A DNA stretch of 30,402 nucleotides from Bdellovibrionales bacterium (GTDB lineage Bacteria; Bdellovibrionota; Bdellovibrionia; Bdellovibrionales; UBA840): contig JBBKWS010000139.1 of assembly GCA_037969075.1 (NCBI GenBank), positions 1-30,402 of the forward strand, read 5' to 3'. The stretch's first letter is position 1. Every line of letters begins with the position of its first letter. Of the stretch, positions 9,586 to 17,618 are shown piece after piece. The position numbers and the translations under genes are program-made. Below the pieces are notes generated by a model, which had not been told where the DNA came from, did no database searches, and worked only from the letters and a program-made list of their open reading frames with translations.

Positions 9586-10119
9586 TTAATTAAAGATCCA
9601 TATATATAAACCGGGTAGCAGTTTTTTTACTGTCAGGATTCCACCGCCAAGCAAAAGTAAGCCCAAAAGGCATCTTAATGGAATATTTTTCACCTCAGTG
9701 GTAAGAGCATCAAACCTATCGTCTATAGCGGAAAATTTAATGTCGATTGCTTTAAATCTCGATTCTACACTTTCAAACTTTGTATCTACAGCACTAAACT
9801 TAGTGTCCATTTTGTGCTCGAGGTTCTGAATGGTTTTGTGTACACTTTCAAACTTTGTATCTACACCACAAAACTTAGCGTCCATTTTGTGCTCGAGGTT
9901 CTGAATGGTTTTGTGTACACTTTTAAAGTTTGTATCTACGCCAGCGAATCTTGTGTCCATCTTAAAATCTATATTTTCTATGGCTTCTCGTAAGCTTTTG
10001 ATATCGAGTTTTGTGGCATTATTTTTCATAAAACTACCGATCACTTGCATTTGTGTTTCTGCCTGGTTCCGAGTGAATCCGGCTTTCTCTAGTTTTTTTA
10101 AGTTTTCGATCTCTATCAT
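9586..10119 (-). CDS. DUF1640/CCDC90-like head-neck-stalk-anchor coiled-coil membrane protein
   Basis: Head LEKAGFTRNQAE, neck ATKLDI, repetitive coiled-coil stalk, C-terminal hydrophobic anchor; SD AAGGA. Confidence 0.75.
   Translation of the reverse strand: MIEIENLKKLEKAGFTRNQAETQMQVIGSFMKNNATKLDIKSLREAIENIDFKMDTRFAGVDTNFKSVHKTIQNLEHKMDAKFCGVDTKFESVHKTIQNLEHKMDTKFSAVDTKFESVESRFKAIDIKFSAIDDRFDALTTEVKNIPLRCLLGLLLLGGGILTVKKLLPGLYIWIFN
9766..9960. repeat. Intragenic 75-bp tandem repeat, about 2.6 copies (25-aa unit KMDxKFxxVDTKFESVHKTIQNLEH)
   Basis: Units start at 9766, 9841 and 9916. The block GTCCATTTTGTGCTCGAGGTTCTGAATGGTTTTGTGTACACTTT occurs twice identically. Confidence 0.92.
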
Positions 10120-10156
10120 AGCTTTATCCTTTTATAAGTGTATCAGCTATGTGAAT

Positions 10157-10173
10157 TGCAAATCTATTGCCAA
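10157..10173 (-). promoter_or_regulatory. sigma54 -24/-12 promoter of the DUF1640-like gene
   Basis: Minus strand TTGGCAATAGATTTGCA = GG-N10-GC, 38 nt upstream of ATG 10119. Confidence 0.7.
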
Positions 10174-10290
10174 GAAAAACTAGCAGTTACCTATCGATAA
10201 TATATGTAGTTACTTTAGCTTTTTGTAAAAAATAATTTTAAATTATAAGTAGAAAGAGTGACATACGTATTTCGGATATTTATCGGATAA

Positions 10291-10995
10291 TTATATGTTT
10301 TTAGTAGCCAATGTAAATTCTCTTTTTCCAGCGAAACCTTTGTGCTTTAATTTTTTAAATCCAGCAGCTTTTAAAGACCTACTTAGTGCGCCAGTAGCTG
10401 CATATGTAGCAAAGACACATTTTTCTTGCGCGACTGTTTGTAAAAATACATTAAGATCAGATTCAGTCCAAAACTCAGGGCTAAATTTACTGCAAAATGG
10501 ATCAAATAAAATACAGTTGAAAGTTTCTTTAGGGGGACTGTTGATAATTAATGTTTCACGAAGTTGAAAGTTAGGTCCCTTAAAAAAACTCTTTAGAGTG
10601 TCTTCGTCAAAATTATACTCTTTGGAATACATAGAAAAAATTTTTTCATAGCATGAATCAAACTCAGAATTTTTACCTTCTATAAATTTCAGTAAGGCGG
10701 TACGTAGGCGGGCTTCTTTTTCGTAACTGATAAGCTGCAGAGTAGCTGTTTTTGCTCTGACAAATGCGCTTAATTCAACGTAACCGAAGCCAAGGCCGAC
10801 AGATAGACAATCTACTGATTCAAAGGTCTTAAAAACTAGATCCAACGCTTTTCCGTAGACAAATTCGGTTTCTGCGTAGGCTCCTTGCGATGAGTGCATC
10901 ATTTGCGAAAAGCCATCTTTAAAAAAAGCAAGACTGGGACTACCATCTTTGGTTATAACGGTTTCAAAAGGAGGATTTGGTTGTGTTTCAGTCAT
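10291..10995 (-). CDS. Stand-alone MnmC-type (MnmD) SAM-dependent tRNA methyltransferase domain
   Basis: TKDGSPSL, HSSQGAYAETEFVY, GLGFGY, FDPFCSKFSPEFWT, ATYAATG, LKAAGF and GFAGKRE; no FAD oxidase domain. ATG at 10995. Confidence 0.82.
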   Translation of the reverse strand: MTETQPNPPFETVITKDGSPSLAFFKDGFSQMMHSSQGAYAETEFVYGKALDLVFKTFESVDCLSVGLGFGYVELSAFVRAKTATLQLISYEKEARLRTALLKFIEGKNSEFDSCYEKIFSMYSKEYNFDEDTLKSFFKGPNFQLRETLIINSPPKETFNCILFDPFCSKFSPEFWTESDLNVFLQTVAQEKCVFATYAATGALSRSLKAAGFKKLKHKGFAGKREFTLATKNI

Positions 10996-11009
10996 AATTC
11001 TTCTACATT
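10981..11009 (+). promoter_or_regulatory. sigma70-type promoter placed for a leaderless mRNA
   Basis: TTGTGT-N17-TACATT-N6-ATG(11016); no SD. Confidence 0.45.
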
Positions 11010-11015
11010 CTAGCA

Positions 11016-11459
11016 ATGAGTTTACGTCAATTAATGGTGGCAAAAGATATCTCAGAAGCCCTTCAAGTAAAAGCTTTTTTACAATCTAAAGGTATTTCAG
11101 TAAATGTGCCAGACGAGCATTTTAATACGATTGTGCATTATGTCCAGGGCTCTCGTATAATGATCAATGAGTCTCAGTACGAAATGGCCATTCGTTTTTT
11201 ACGCGAAATCAATGTGACTACAGCAGCTGGAGTTAGCCCTAAAGTGCAAGAAGGAGCTGTTAAAAAATTAAACCAAGCGCTAGGTGCTAGTCTTCTTGGG
11301 ATTTTAGGGATTCCATTTATTCCTAATTTTTATTCTTTATATCTGCTGGGTAAATTTCCTAGAATTTATAATGCAAAGTTTTTGATTACACTTCTTATAA
11401 ATGCGGCTTCCATAGGCATTTGGATTTTTGGTGCTATAGAATATTTTAAAGTAAAATAA
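11016..11459 (+). CDS. DUF2007-like domain protein with two C-terminal TM helices
   Basis: EALQVKAFLQSKGISVNVPDE...RIMINESQYEMAIRFL fits the DUF2007 pattern; hydrophobic C-terminus. Confidence 0.65.
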   Translation: MSLRQLMVAKDISEALQVKAFLQSKGISVNVPDEHFNTIVHYVQGSRIMINESQYEMAIRFLREINVTTAAGVSPKVQEGAVKKLNQALGASLLGILGIPFIPNFYSLYLLGKFPRIYNAKFLITLLINAASIGIWIFGAIEYFKVK

Positions 11460-11460
11460 T

Positions 11461-12576
11461 CTACAGCTCTAAAAGACGTAGATAGTTTTCTCTGTTTCTT
11501 CTTGCCATAATTTCGGCGGTAAAATCAGCTTCAATATGTTTCATTGCATTTGATTTTATAACATTTTCGGTTTGTGGATCTAAAGAATTAAATACTTTTA
11601 GCATTTCACTGTAATCATCAACAGGTATTAGATGCCCTGTTTTAGCATCTATAATTACATCAGGTATACCATCAATATTGCTAGCGATAATAGAGGTCCT
11701 AGCTTGTATCGCTTCTAATAAAACACTGCCAAGTCCTTCGCGGAAGGTTTTAGTTTGTCGTGAAGGCATAATAAACACATCAAGGGCTCTTAGGTAATCA
11801 GTGATAGGATTTAAAAATCCTAAAAATAATACGTTGTCGGAAATCTTTAATTCTTTAGCGAGTTTTTTGTATTCCTCTTCTTTTGGTCCAGTGCCCGCAA
11901 TAAAAAAGCTAATATCCTTTCTTTGTTTTAAAAGAGCTTGTGCAAAATACAAAAAAGTATCCACACCTTTTTCGATACTAACCGCACACGCCATTCCGAT
12001 AAATACATTGTCCTTAGATTGGTTGTGAGTAGTTGCTAAAGATTTTTTGTAAACAATTTTATCATAAGGAGTCTTATCAACTGTAACTCCGCTGGGTATG
12101 CGTGTGACTTTTTCTTTTTGAACACCATATTTAATTAATTCAATACTAATGGCATTCGATAAAGATATGTATGAATCTACAAGTTTGCTTACATATTTTG
12201 ATCTAGTAAGAAAATTACTACTTGGTGGGGTAGCAACTCGTCTGTGTACAACTAGCTTTAATTGAGGGTTCTTTTTTTTCACTCGTAGACAAAGACCATG
12301 AGATTTAGAAGAGTTGGCATGTATGATCTGGATATTATTTTCTCTCACAAATTTGCTAAGTGCGGAAACATTGCTAGGACGCCAATCGCTCGTTGAATCT
12401 AATTCGATGACATCAAATTCTTTTTTATATCTTGGGATGGCAGTAGATATTTTAGGGTAGGCTATTGTAACTTGATCACCTTGCTGTTTCAGGTAGCGCG
12501 CCAATAGTAAGACTTGGTTTTCACCACCACGCCAGCCTCTCTCCAAATTTACTATTAAAACATGTAACTTTGCCAT
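11461..12576 (-). CDS. Glycosyltransferase family 4 (GT-B)
   Basis: WRGGENQ, EKG, EGLGSVLLEA (E-x7-E) and DGIPDVI motifs. Confidence 0.9.
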   Translation of the reverse strand: MAKLHVLIVNLERGWRGGENQVLLLARYLKQQGDQVTIAYPKISTAIPRYKKEFDVIELDSTSDWRPSNVSALSKFVRENNIQIIHANSSKSHGLCLRVKKKNPQLKLVVHRRVATPPSSNFLTRSKYVSKLVDSYISLSNAISIELIKYGVQKEKVTRIPSGVTVDKTPYDKIVYKKSLATTHNQSKDNVFIGMACAVSIEKGVDTFLYFAQALLKQRKDISFFIAGTGPKEEEYKKLAKELKISDNVLFLGFLNPITDYLRALDVFIMPSRQTKTFREGLGSVLLEAIQARTSIIASNIDGIPDVIIDAKTGHLIPVDDYSEMLKVFNSLDPQTENVIKSNAMKHIEADFTAEIMARRNRENYLRLLEL

Positions 12577-12582
12577 TGGACC

Positions 12583-12610
12583 AATGTAGCCAAATTTTAG
12601 TAAATTCCAA
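12583..12610 (-). promoter_or_regulatory. sigma70-type promoter placed for a leaderless mRNA
   Basis: TTGGAA-N16-TACATT-N6-ATG(12576); no SD. Confidence 0.5.
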
Positions 12611-12664
12611 CAAAAAGTGTGATTTTTTTTTCATCAAATGCTATTTAGATGGGACGAGGTTTTT

Positions 12665-13972
12665 ATGAAGATAACTATTATAGGCACAGGATACGTTGGA
12701 TTAGTTTCAGGAACTTGTTTTGCCGAGTTAGGAAACCAGGTAATTGGTTTAGATATCAATAAAGATACTATAGCTAGCCTCGATCGTGGCGAAATGCCTA
12801 TTTATGAGCCAGGTCTTGAGGAAATGGTAGAGCGTAATGTTAAGGCTAAACGCCTTCATTTTACTACTAACTTTGAAGCAATAAAAACTTCTGATGCGGT
12901 TTTTATTGCAGTAGGTACACCAACAGCTGACGATGGTAGTACGAATCTTAAATATTTTTATAGTGCCATAGATCAAATTATTCCCCTGATTACAGAGGAA
13001 ACGATCCTGGTGATTAAATCGACAGTGCCAGTCGGAACAGCCGAAGATGCCAAAAAGTACATATTAAATAAATTTAACAAAAAGATCGCATTGGTAAATA
13101 ACCCTGAGTTTTTAAAAGAAGGGGCTGCCATTAGAGATTTTATGAGCCCTGATCGAGTCATCATTGGGGCTAGTGATGATTGGGCAGCTAAAAAGATTGC
13201 TGAATTATATGAGCCATTTTTTGCCCAAGGGTACCGAGTTTACTTTATGTCTAACCTTTCTGCCGAGATGACTAAGTACGCGGCCAATTGCTTTTTAGCG
13301 ACAAAAGTTTCATTTATTAATGAGATAGCTAGGTTATGTGATAAGACAGGCGCCAATATTGATGAAGTACGCCAAGGGATCACAACAGACATTCGTATCG
13401 GGACGCACTTTTTATATCCAAGTCCTGGCTTTGGTGGATCTTGTTTTCCTAAGGATTTAAGAGCACTAGTGCACACAGCCAAACAACATGACAGTCCCTT
13501 ACTGATCGTAGAGTCAGTGATCGAAGCGAACGAGCGACAAAGAAAGTATATAGTTAGTAAGATCGTATCGCATTTTAAAGGTTCAGTAAGTGGTAAGAAG
13601 ATAAGTTTCTGGGGAGTTGCTTTTAAGCCAAATACGGATGATATCAGAGAGACTTCGGCGATCATGATAGCGAAGTTATTAGTAGAGGCAGGAGCTGAAA
13701 TTAAATTTTACGACCCACAGGCGGCTAGTAATTATTTAGCCTATATGAAAACATTAAATATTAAAGTTACTAAATGTGAAGATAAGTATGATTGTAGTGA
13801 TAAGTCCGATGCATTGGTACTACTAACAGAGTGGAAAGAGTTTCTGGCTCCAGATTTAAACCTGTTAAAATCTAAGATGAGTGGGGATGTAATTTTTGAT
13901 ATGAGAAACGTACTGTCGCCAGCTAAAATGAAAGAGTCTGGCTTTACATACTACGGTATAGGAAGATCGTAG
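12665..13972 (+). CDS. ugd: UDP-glucose 6-dehydrogenase
   Basis: MKITIIGTGYVG, IKSTVPVGT, NPEFLKEG, GFGGSCFPKD and FKPNTDDIRE. ATG 12665 with SD GAGG. Confidence 0.95.
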   Translation: MKITIIGTGYVGLVSGTCFAELGNQVIGLDINKDTIASLDRGEMPIYEPGLEEMVERNVKAKRLHFTTNFEAIKTSDAVFIAVGTPTADDGSTNLKYFYSAIDQIIPLITEETILVIKSTVPVGTAEDAKKYILNKFNKKIALVNNPEFLKEGAAIRDFMSPDRVIIGASDDWAAKKIAELYEPFFAQGYRVYFMSNLSAEMTKYAANCFLATKVSFINEIARLCDKTGANIDEVRQGITTDIRIGTHFLYPSPGFGGSCFPKDLRALVHTAKQHDSPLLIVESVIEANERQRKYIVSKIVSHFKGSVSGKKISFWGVAFKPNTDDIRETSAIMIAKLLVEAGAEIKFYDPQAASNYLAYMKTLNIKVTKCEDKYDCSDKSDALVLLTEWKEFLAPDLNLLKSKMSGDVIFDMRNVLSPAKMKESGFTYYGIGRS

Positions 13973-13976
13973 TACG

Positions 13977-14732
13977 TTATTTACTGTCACGTTTCATTTG
14001 TGCGGCTTTTATGTATTTTAAAAATACAACGAATGCGCCAAAGCAAGAAATTACAAAACCATAATAGCCATCTAGAATACCTAGTTTTAAAAAATAGGTT
14101 CTAAAAAATTTATATTTAGAGTGAATAATAGCTTTTGTAACTAAAAACGAAGAGTCTTTTTCTAAAAGCATCTGAGCACTAAGGCTAGTGTAAGAATCCA
14201 TTTTTTTAAGATGCTCGGAAATAGATTTATACGAATAGTGTAAGATGTCCCCATTTAAAGTTTTAACCTGGCAGTTGGCAGGCAAAATGATTTTTTCATG
14301 GACAAGGTTCATGTTCCATTTAGATTCAGCGCGGGGAAATAGACGGGTTTGATAATCTGGGCGCCAGCCGCTATGGTGTATCCATTTTCCACAATAATTT
14401 GTAAGGCGGGCAAATCTGTAAGCCTCACTCAAAGAGTCCTTAACGGATAGTATCTGTTTTTGTAAAACTTCATCTAAAGCTTCGTCGGCATCTAAAGATA
14501 AAATATAATCACCCTTTGCAAGTGAATTACCAAAATTTTTAGTTTCAGAAAAACCCTTCCAATCAGTTTCAATAAATCTAACAGTATCAAACCTCAAAGC
14601 GATTGCTTTTGTGTTATCAGTGCTACCAGAATCAATAACTAGTATCTCTTCAGATACGCGCAAGCAAGATTGGATCGCCCGCTCAATATTTGTCTCTTCA
14701 TTTTTAGTGAGGATAACTGCTGATATTTTCAT
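13977..14732 (-). CDS. Glycosyltransferase family 2, WaaE/LgtF-like LPS core glucosyltransferase
   Basis: ILTKNEE, IDSGSTDNT, LDADE, VHE, HYSY and GILDG motifs. Confidence 0.88.
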   Translation of the reverse strand: MKISAVILTKNEETNIERAIQSCLRVSEEILVIDSGSTDNTKAIALRFDTVRFIETDWKGFSETKNFGNSLAKGDYILSLDADEALDEVLQKQILSVKDSLSEAYRFARLTNYCGKWIHHSGWRPDYQTRLFPRAESKWNMNLVHEKIILPANCQVKTLNGDILHYSYKSISEHLKKMDSYTSLSAQMLLEKDSSFLVTKAIIHSKYKFFRTYFLKLGILDGYYGFVISCFGAFVVFLKYIKAAQMKRDSK

Positions 14733-14733
14733 T

Positions 14734-16857
14734 CTACATTCTCTCTAGAGTTTTAATGCCAAGTAAATTCAATCCAGATTTTATGATCTGTCCACAGGCA
14801 TCTACTAATAGTGCTCTTGAAGTTCTTAGTGTTTCATCTTCAGCATGTAGTACCGAACACTGATCATACATACGACTAAAATCCTTACTTAACTCGTACA
14901 AGTAAATGCAGAGACCTTGAGGTTCATACTTATCACTAGCTTTAATTATAGTGGTATGAAACTGCTGCATTTTATTTAAAACTCTTTCTTCAGTTTCATG
15001 ACTAAGTCGTTGCCAGTCTGCTTTTTTACTATCAATAGCGCCAAACTTACTTTCAACCTCACGAAGTATAGATCTGGTTCTAGCGTAAGCATACATTAGA
15101 TATGGACCTGTGTTACCTGTTCGAGCCGTCCATTCTTTTAGGTCAAAAACGATATTTTTATTATTGTCTTGATTCAACATTCCGTACTTGATGGTCGCCA
15201 CGCTAATATTTCTGATGGCGTCAGCTATTTCTTCTTTAGGCCACAATCCTTCATAGGTAGATAAAAAATCTTTATAAATTTGTTTTTCTAAAGTTTCTTT
15301 TAATTCGTTTAATAAAATTACATTGCCTTTTCTTGAGCTCATTTTACCATCGGGCAAAACCACCATTCCGTAGGAAAGGTGAAAGCATTTTTCAGCTTGC
15401 TTATAGCCCATTAGCTCTAATGTTTTAAAGACCTGTTGAAAGTGCAGGCTTTGGCCCACATCAACAATATAGACAGATTTATCAATCTTAAATTGATCAA
15501 ACTTTAATTTAGCTAGGGCTAAATCTTTTGTAGCGTAGAGGCCTGTGCCATCTGACTTTAACACCATAAAAAACGGAAGGTTAAACTGATTTAGATCTAC
15601 ACCAATGGCGCCCTGATCTTTTTTAAAAATACCTTTTTCAGTGAACTCGGCCACAACTTTTTTTCCGGGAGCCGCTACTTCACTTTCGTAAAACACGTGA
15701 TCGAACCTAGCATCTAGCCATTTATAGATCTCATTGAAATCATCTAAAGACCATTGTCTGGTTTGCTGCCAGAGTTTTTCTAACTCAGGCTCGTGTTTTT
15801 CTAATTTTTGTAGGGTTTCAGATACAGCGCTCTCTCTTCGTAAAATTTCTGTCGATACTGATTCGATTTTACAGTCTGTATTTTTAAAATAATCAGATAC
15901 CTCGATGCCAATTTTAGTATCTTTAGGAAACACATAAATCTTGCTAGCGTCTTCATCTAAGCTGATTTCACTAGAGGCGCACAGCATCCCTTCGCTTGTT
16001 ACACCCTTCTTATCTGTGGCTTCAATTTTTTTGCCGTTAATTCTTGTGCCAATAAAAGCATATGGAACAATATCACTAACCGCGAAGCCCTTTACGCCGG
16101 TGACAACGGTCTTTTTGCCTTTGCTAGTTTCTACTTCAGTCACCAACCACTTGTCATTTAGTGGGTGGGTAGCAATACTTAATATTTTCGCTGTTTGTAC
16201 ATTTGGATGCGGAGCTTTTGTTAACGTATAAAAGTCTAATTGTTTGTCAGCTAAAGAGTATAGTGTTCCTAAAAACTCACCGCGGGTCATTTTATCTTTA
16301 AAAGATTCATATCGCATGCCTGATTCAATGTATTGCCACAAGCACTTAGCAATATGGGTTCCGACATCACCAATGTAATTGGCGGCAACAACTTCGTCTC
16401 CTACCCACTCGCATATATGAACTAGCGCATCACCAAGGCTCACATTTCTGGTGTGCCCTACGTGAAATGCTTTATGCGTATTGGGTTGAGAGTATTCGAT
16501 CATGGTTTTTAAACCTGAGCGTGGCCTTACTTTTAAATAAGACCCGTTTAGTATTTGCGGTATAAGATCAGCTGCTAGATCTGCTTTATTAATATTAAAG
16601 TTAAGATAGGGACCGATAGCCACAGCCTTTTGAAATTCAGTAGGTAAGTCACCAAGTAACGCAAAAATTTCTTTAGCAATGACAGGAGGTCCTTTTTTTA
16701 ATTCTTTAGAAAATTGAAAACAAGGAAAAGCTAAATCGCCTAGCTTGAGGTCTTTAGGGAGCTCAATAAGAGCCTCTAGTTCGTCGGCCGATTTATTGAT
16801 ATTCAAAGTAGGTAGTTTGGTGGCCAAATATCTTGCTAGTACGGCTTTATAGTTCAT
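14734..16857 (-). CDS. argS: Arginine--tRNA ligase with an inserted tRNA-binding OB-fold domain
   Basis: EYSQPNTHKAFHVGH (HIGH motif), KSDGTGLYATKDLA, KMSSRKG, GNTGPYLMYAYAR and C-terminal LERM. 707 aa, including a ~110-125 aa insertion. Confidence 0.96.
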   Translation of the reverse strand: MNYKAVLARYLATKLPTLNINKSADELEALIELPKDLKLGDLAFPCFQFSKELKKGPPVIAKEIFALLGDLPTEFQKAVAIGPYLNFNINKADLAADLIPQILNGSYLKVRPRSGLKTMIEYSQPNTHKAFHVGHTRNVSLGDALVHICEWVGDEVVAANYIGDVGTHIAKCLWQYIESGMRYESFKDKMTRGEFLGTLYSLADKQLDFYTLTKAPHPNVQTAKILSIATHPLNDKWLVTEVETSKGKKTVVTGVKGFAVSDIVPYAFIGTRINGKKIEATDKKGVTSEGMLCASSEISLDEDASKIYVFPKDTKIGIEVSDYFKNTDCKIESVSTEILRRESAVSETLQKLEKHEPELEKLWQQTRQWSLDDFNEIYKWLDARFDHVFYESEVAAPGKKVVAEFTEKGIFKKDQGAIGVDLNQFNLPFFMVLKSDGTGLYATKDLALAKLKFDQFKIDKSVYIVDVGQSLHFQQVFKTLELMGYKQAEKCFHLSYGMVVLPDGKMSSRKGNVILLNELKETLEKQIYKDFLSTYEGLWPKEEIADAIRNISVATIKYGMLNQDNNKNIVFDLKEWTARTGNTGPYLMYAYARTRSILREVESKFGAIDSKKADWQRLSHETEERVLNKMQQFHTTIIKASDKYEPQGLCIYLYELSKDFSRMYDQCSVLHAEDETLRTSRALLVDACGQIIKSGLNLLGIKTLERM

Positions 16858-16863
16858 AAAAAA

Positions 16864-16892
16864 GTAATAGCGGTTATTTGGCTAAATGGAAA
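16864..16892 (-). promoter_or_regulatory. Possible sigma70-type promoter placed for a leaderless argS mRNA
   Basis: TTTCCA-N17-TATTAC-N6-ATG(16857); no SD. Confidence 0.35.
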
Positions 16893-16898
16893 GGATTT

Positions 16899-17477
16899 TT
16901 ACTCTCTAGATTTTAGTTTTTTAACCGAATCAGAGATATGGTTGTTGTCAGCATTAGAATCGAATTCAATATTCACTTTTGCTTCTTTTAGGTGTTTTTC
17001 AATGGATATAAATCCCCAGTCGGCAATTTGAAAGCGCAGGTAGACTTTTCCGTTTTGAGTTATATTTCCCATGTACCTCGTCTGTGTTTGAAGAACATCT
17101 ATTAGGCTGGGAGCAAATTGCGAAAATTGTGAGGCGCCAATGTCGTTAAGAATTGTATATTCAATGTCATATAGCCAGCGACTTTCTACGGTTTGATATA
17201 AAATAATTTTTGCTAGTAACTTTGCTGTATCAAGATTTTTTTCGTTAGAAGCCAACTCTTTTTTTAGACTAACTAGTTGTGGCTCTGGCATATAGCTGTC
17301 TAGCTGGACTTTACCGGATTTTAATTCTGCAACTAGCAGCTTCTCTTCTGGAGTCCTGCCTAAGTCAATTTTCTTTGTCTGCATTTGGGCAATTAATGCT
17401 TTTGGTGAAACCGGCACTTGCACGGTTGCAATGTAGGCATGACTAATTCCTAAAAACAAAAACAAGTGTGAAAGCAT
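16899..17477 (-). CDS. Hypothetical secreted protein
   Basis: ATG 17477 with SD AAGGGG; signal-like MLSHLFLFLGISHA; no recognised domain. Confidence 0.65.
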   Translation of the reverse strand: MLSHLFLFLGISHAYIATVQVPVSPKALIAQMQTKKIDLGRTPEEKLLVAELKSGKVQLDSYMPEPQLVSLKKELASNEKNLDTAKLLAKIILYQTVESRWLYDIEYTILNDIGASQFSQFAPSLIDVLQTQTRYMGNITQNGKVYLRFQIADWGFISIEKHLKEAKVNIEFDSNADNNHISDSVKKLKSRE

Positions 17478-17618
17478 ATATACCCCTTGGAAAATACTGT
17501 GCAAATCTATCAGATTTACTTCTAAAATGAAATATATAGAAAATTCAAAGACTTAAGGATATACTCGCAGGTTTTAGCTTGTCGTTTATTGTCACCTTAG
17601 CTATATCAACAGACAACC

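Noticed and set aside
9766..9960. Possible CRISPR array
   Set aside because: Contiguous in-frame 75-bp tandem units inside a CDS, no unique spacers, no cas genes.
17487..17517. sigma54 promoter for the 16899..17477 gene (shares ATAGATTTGCA with the promoter at 10157)
   Set aside because: The invariant -24 GG is missing. Only a short AAATCT-N3-AGATTT palindrome remains, too weak to call.
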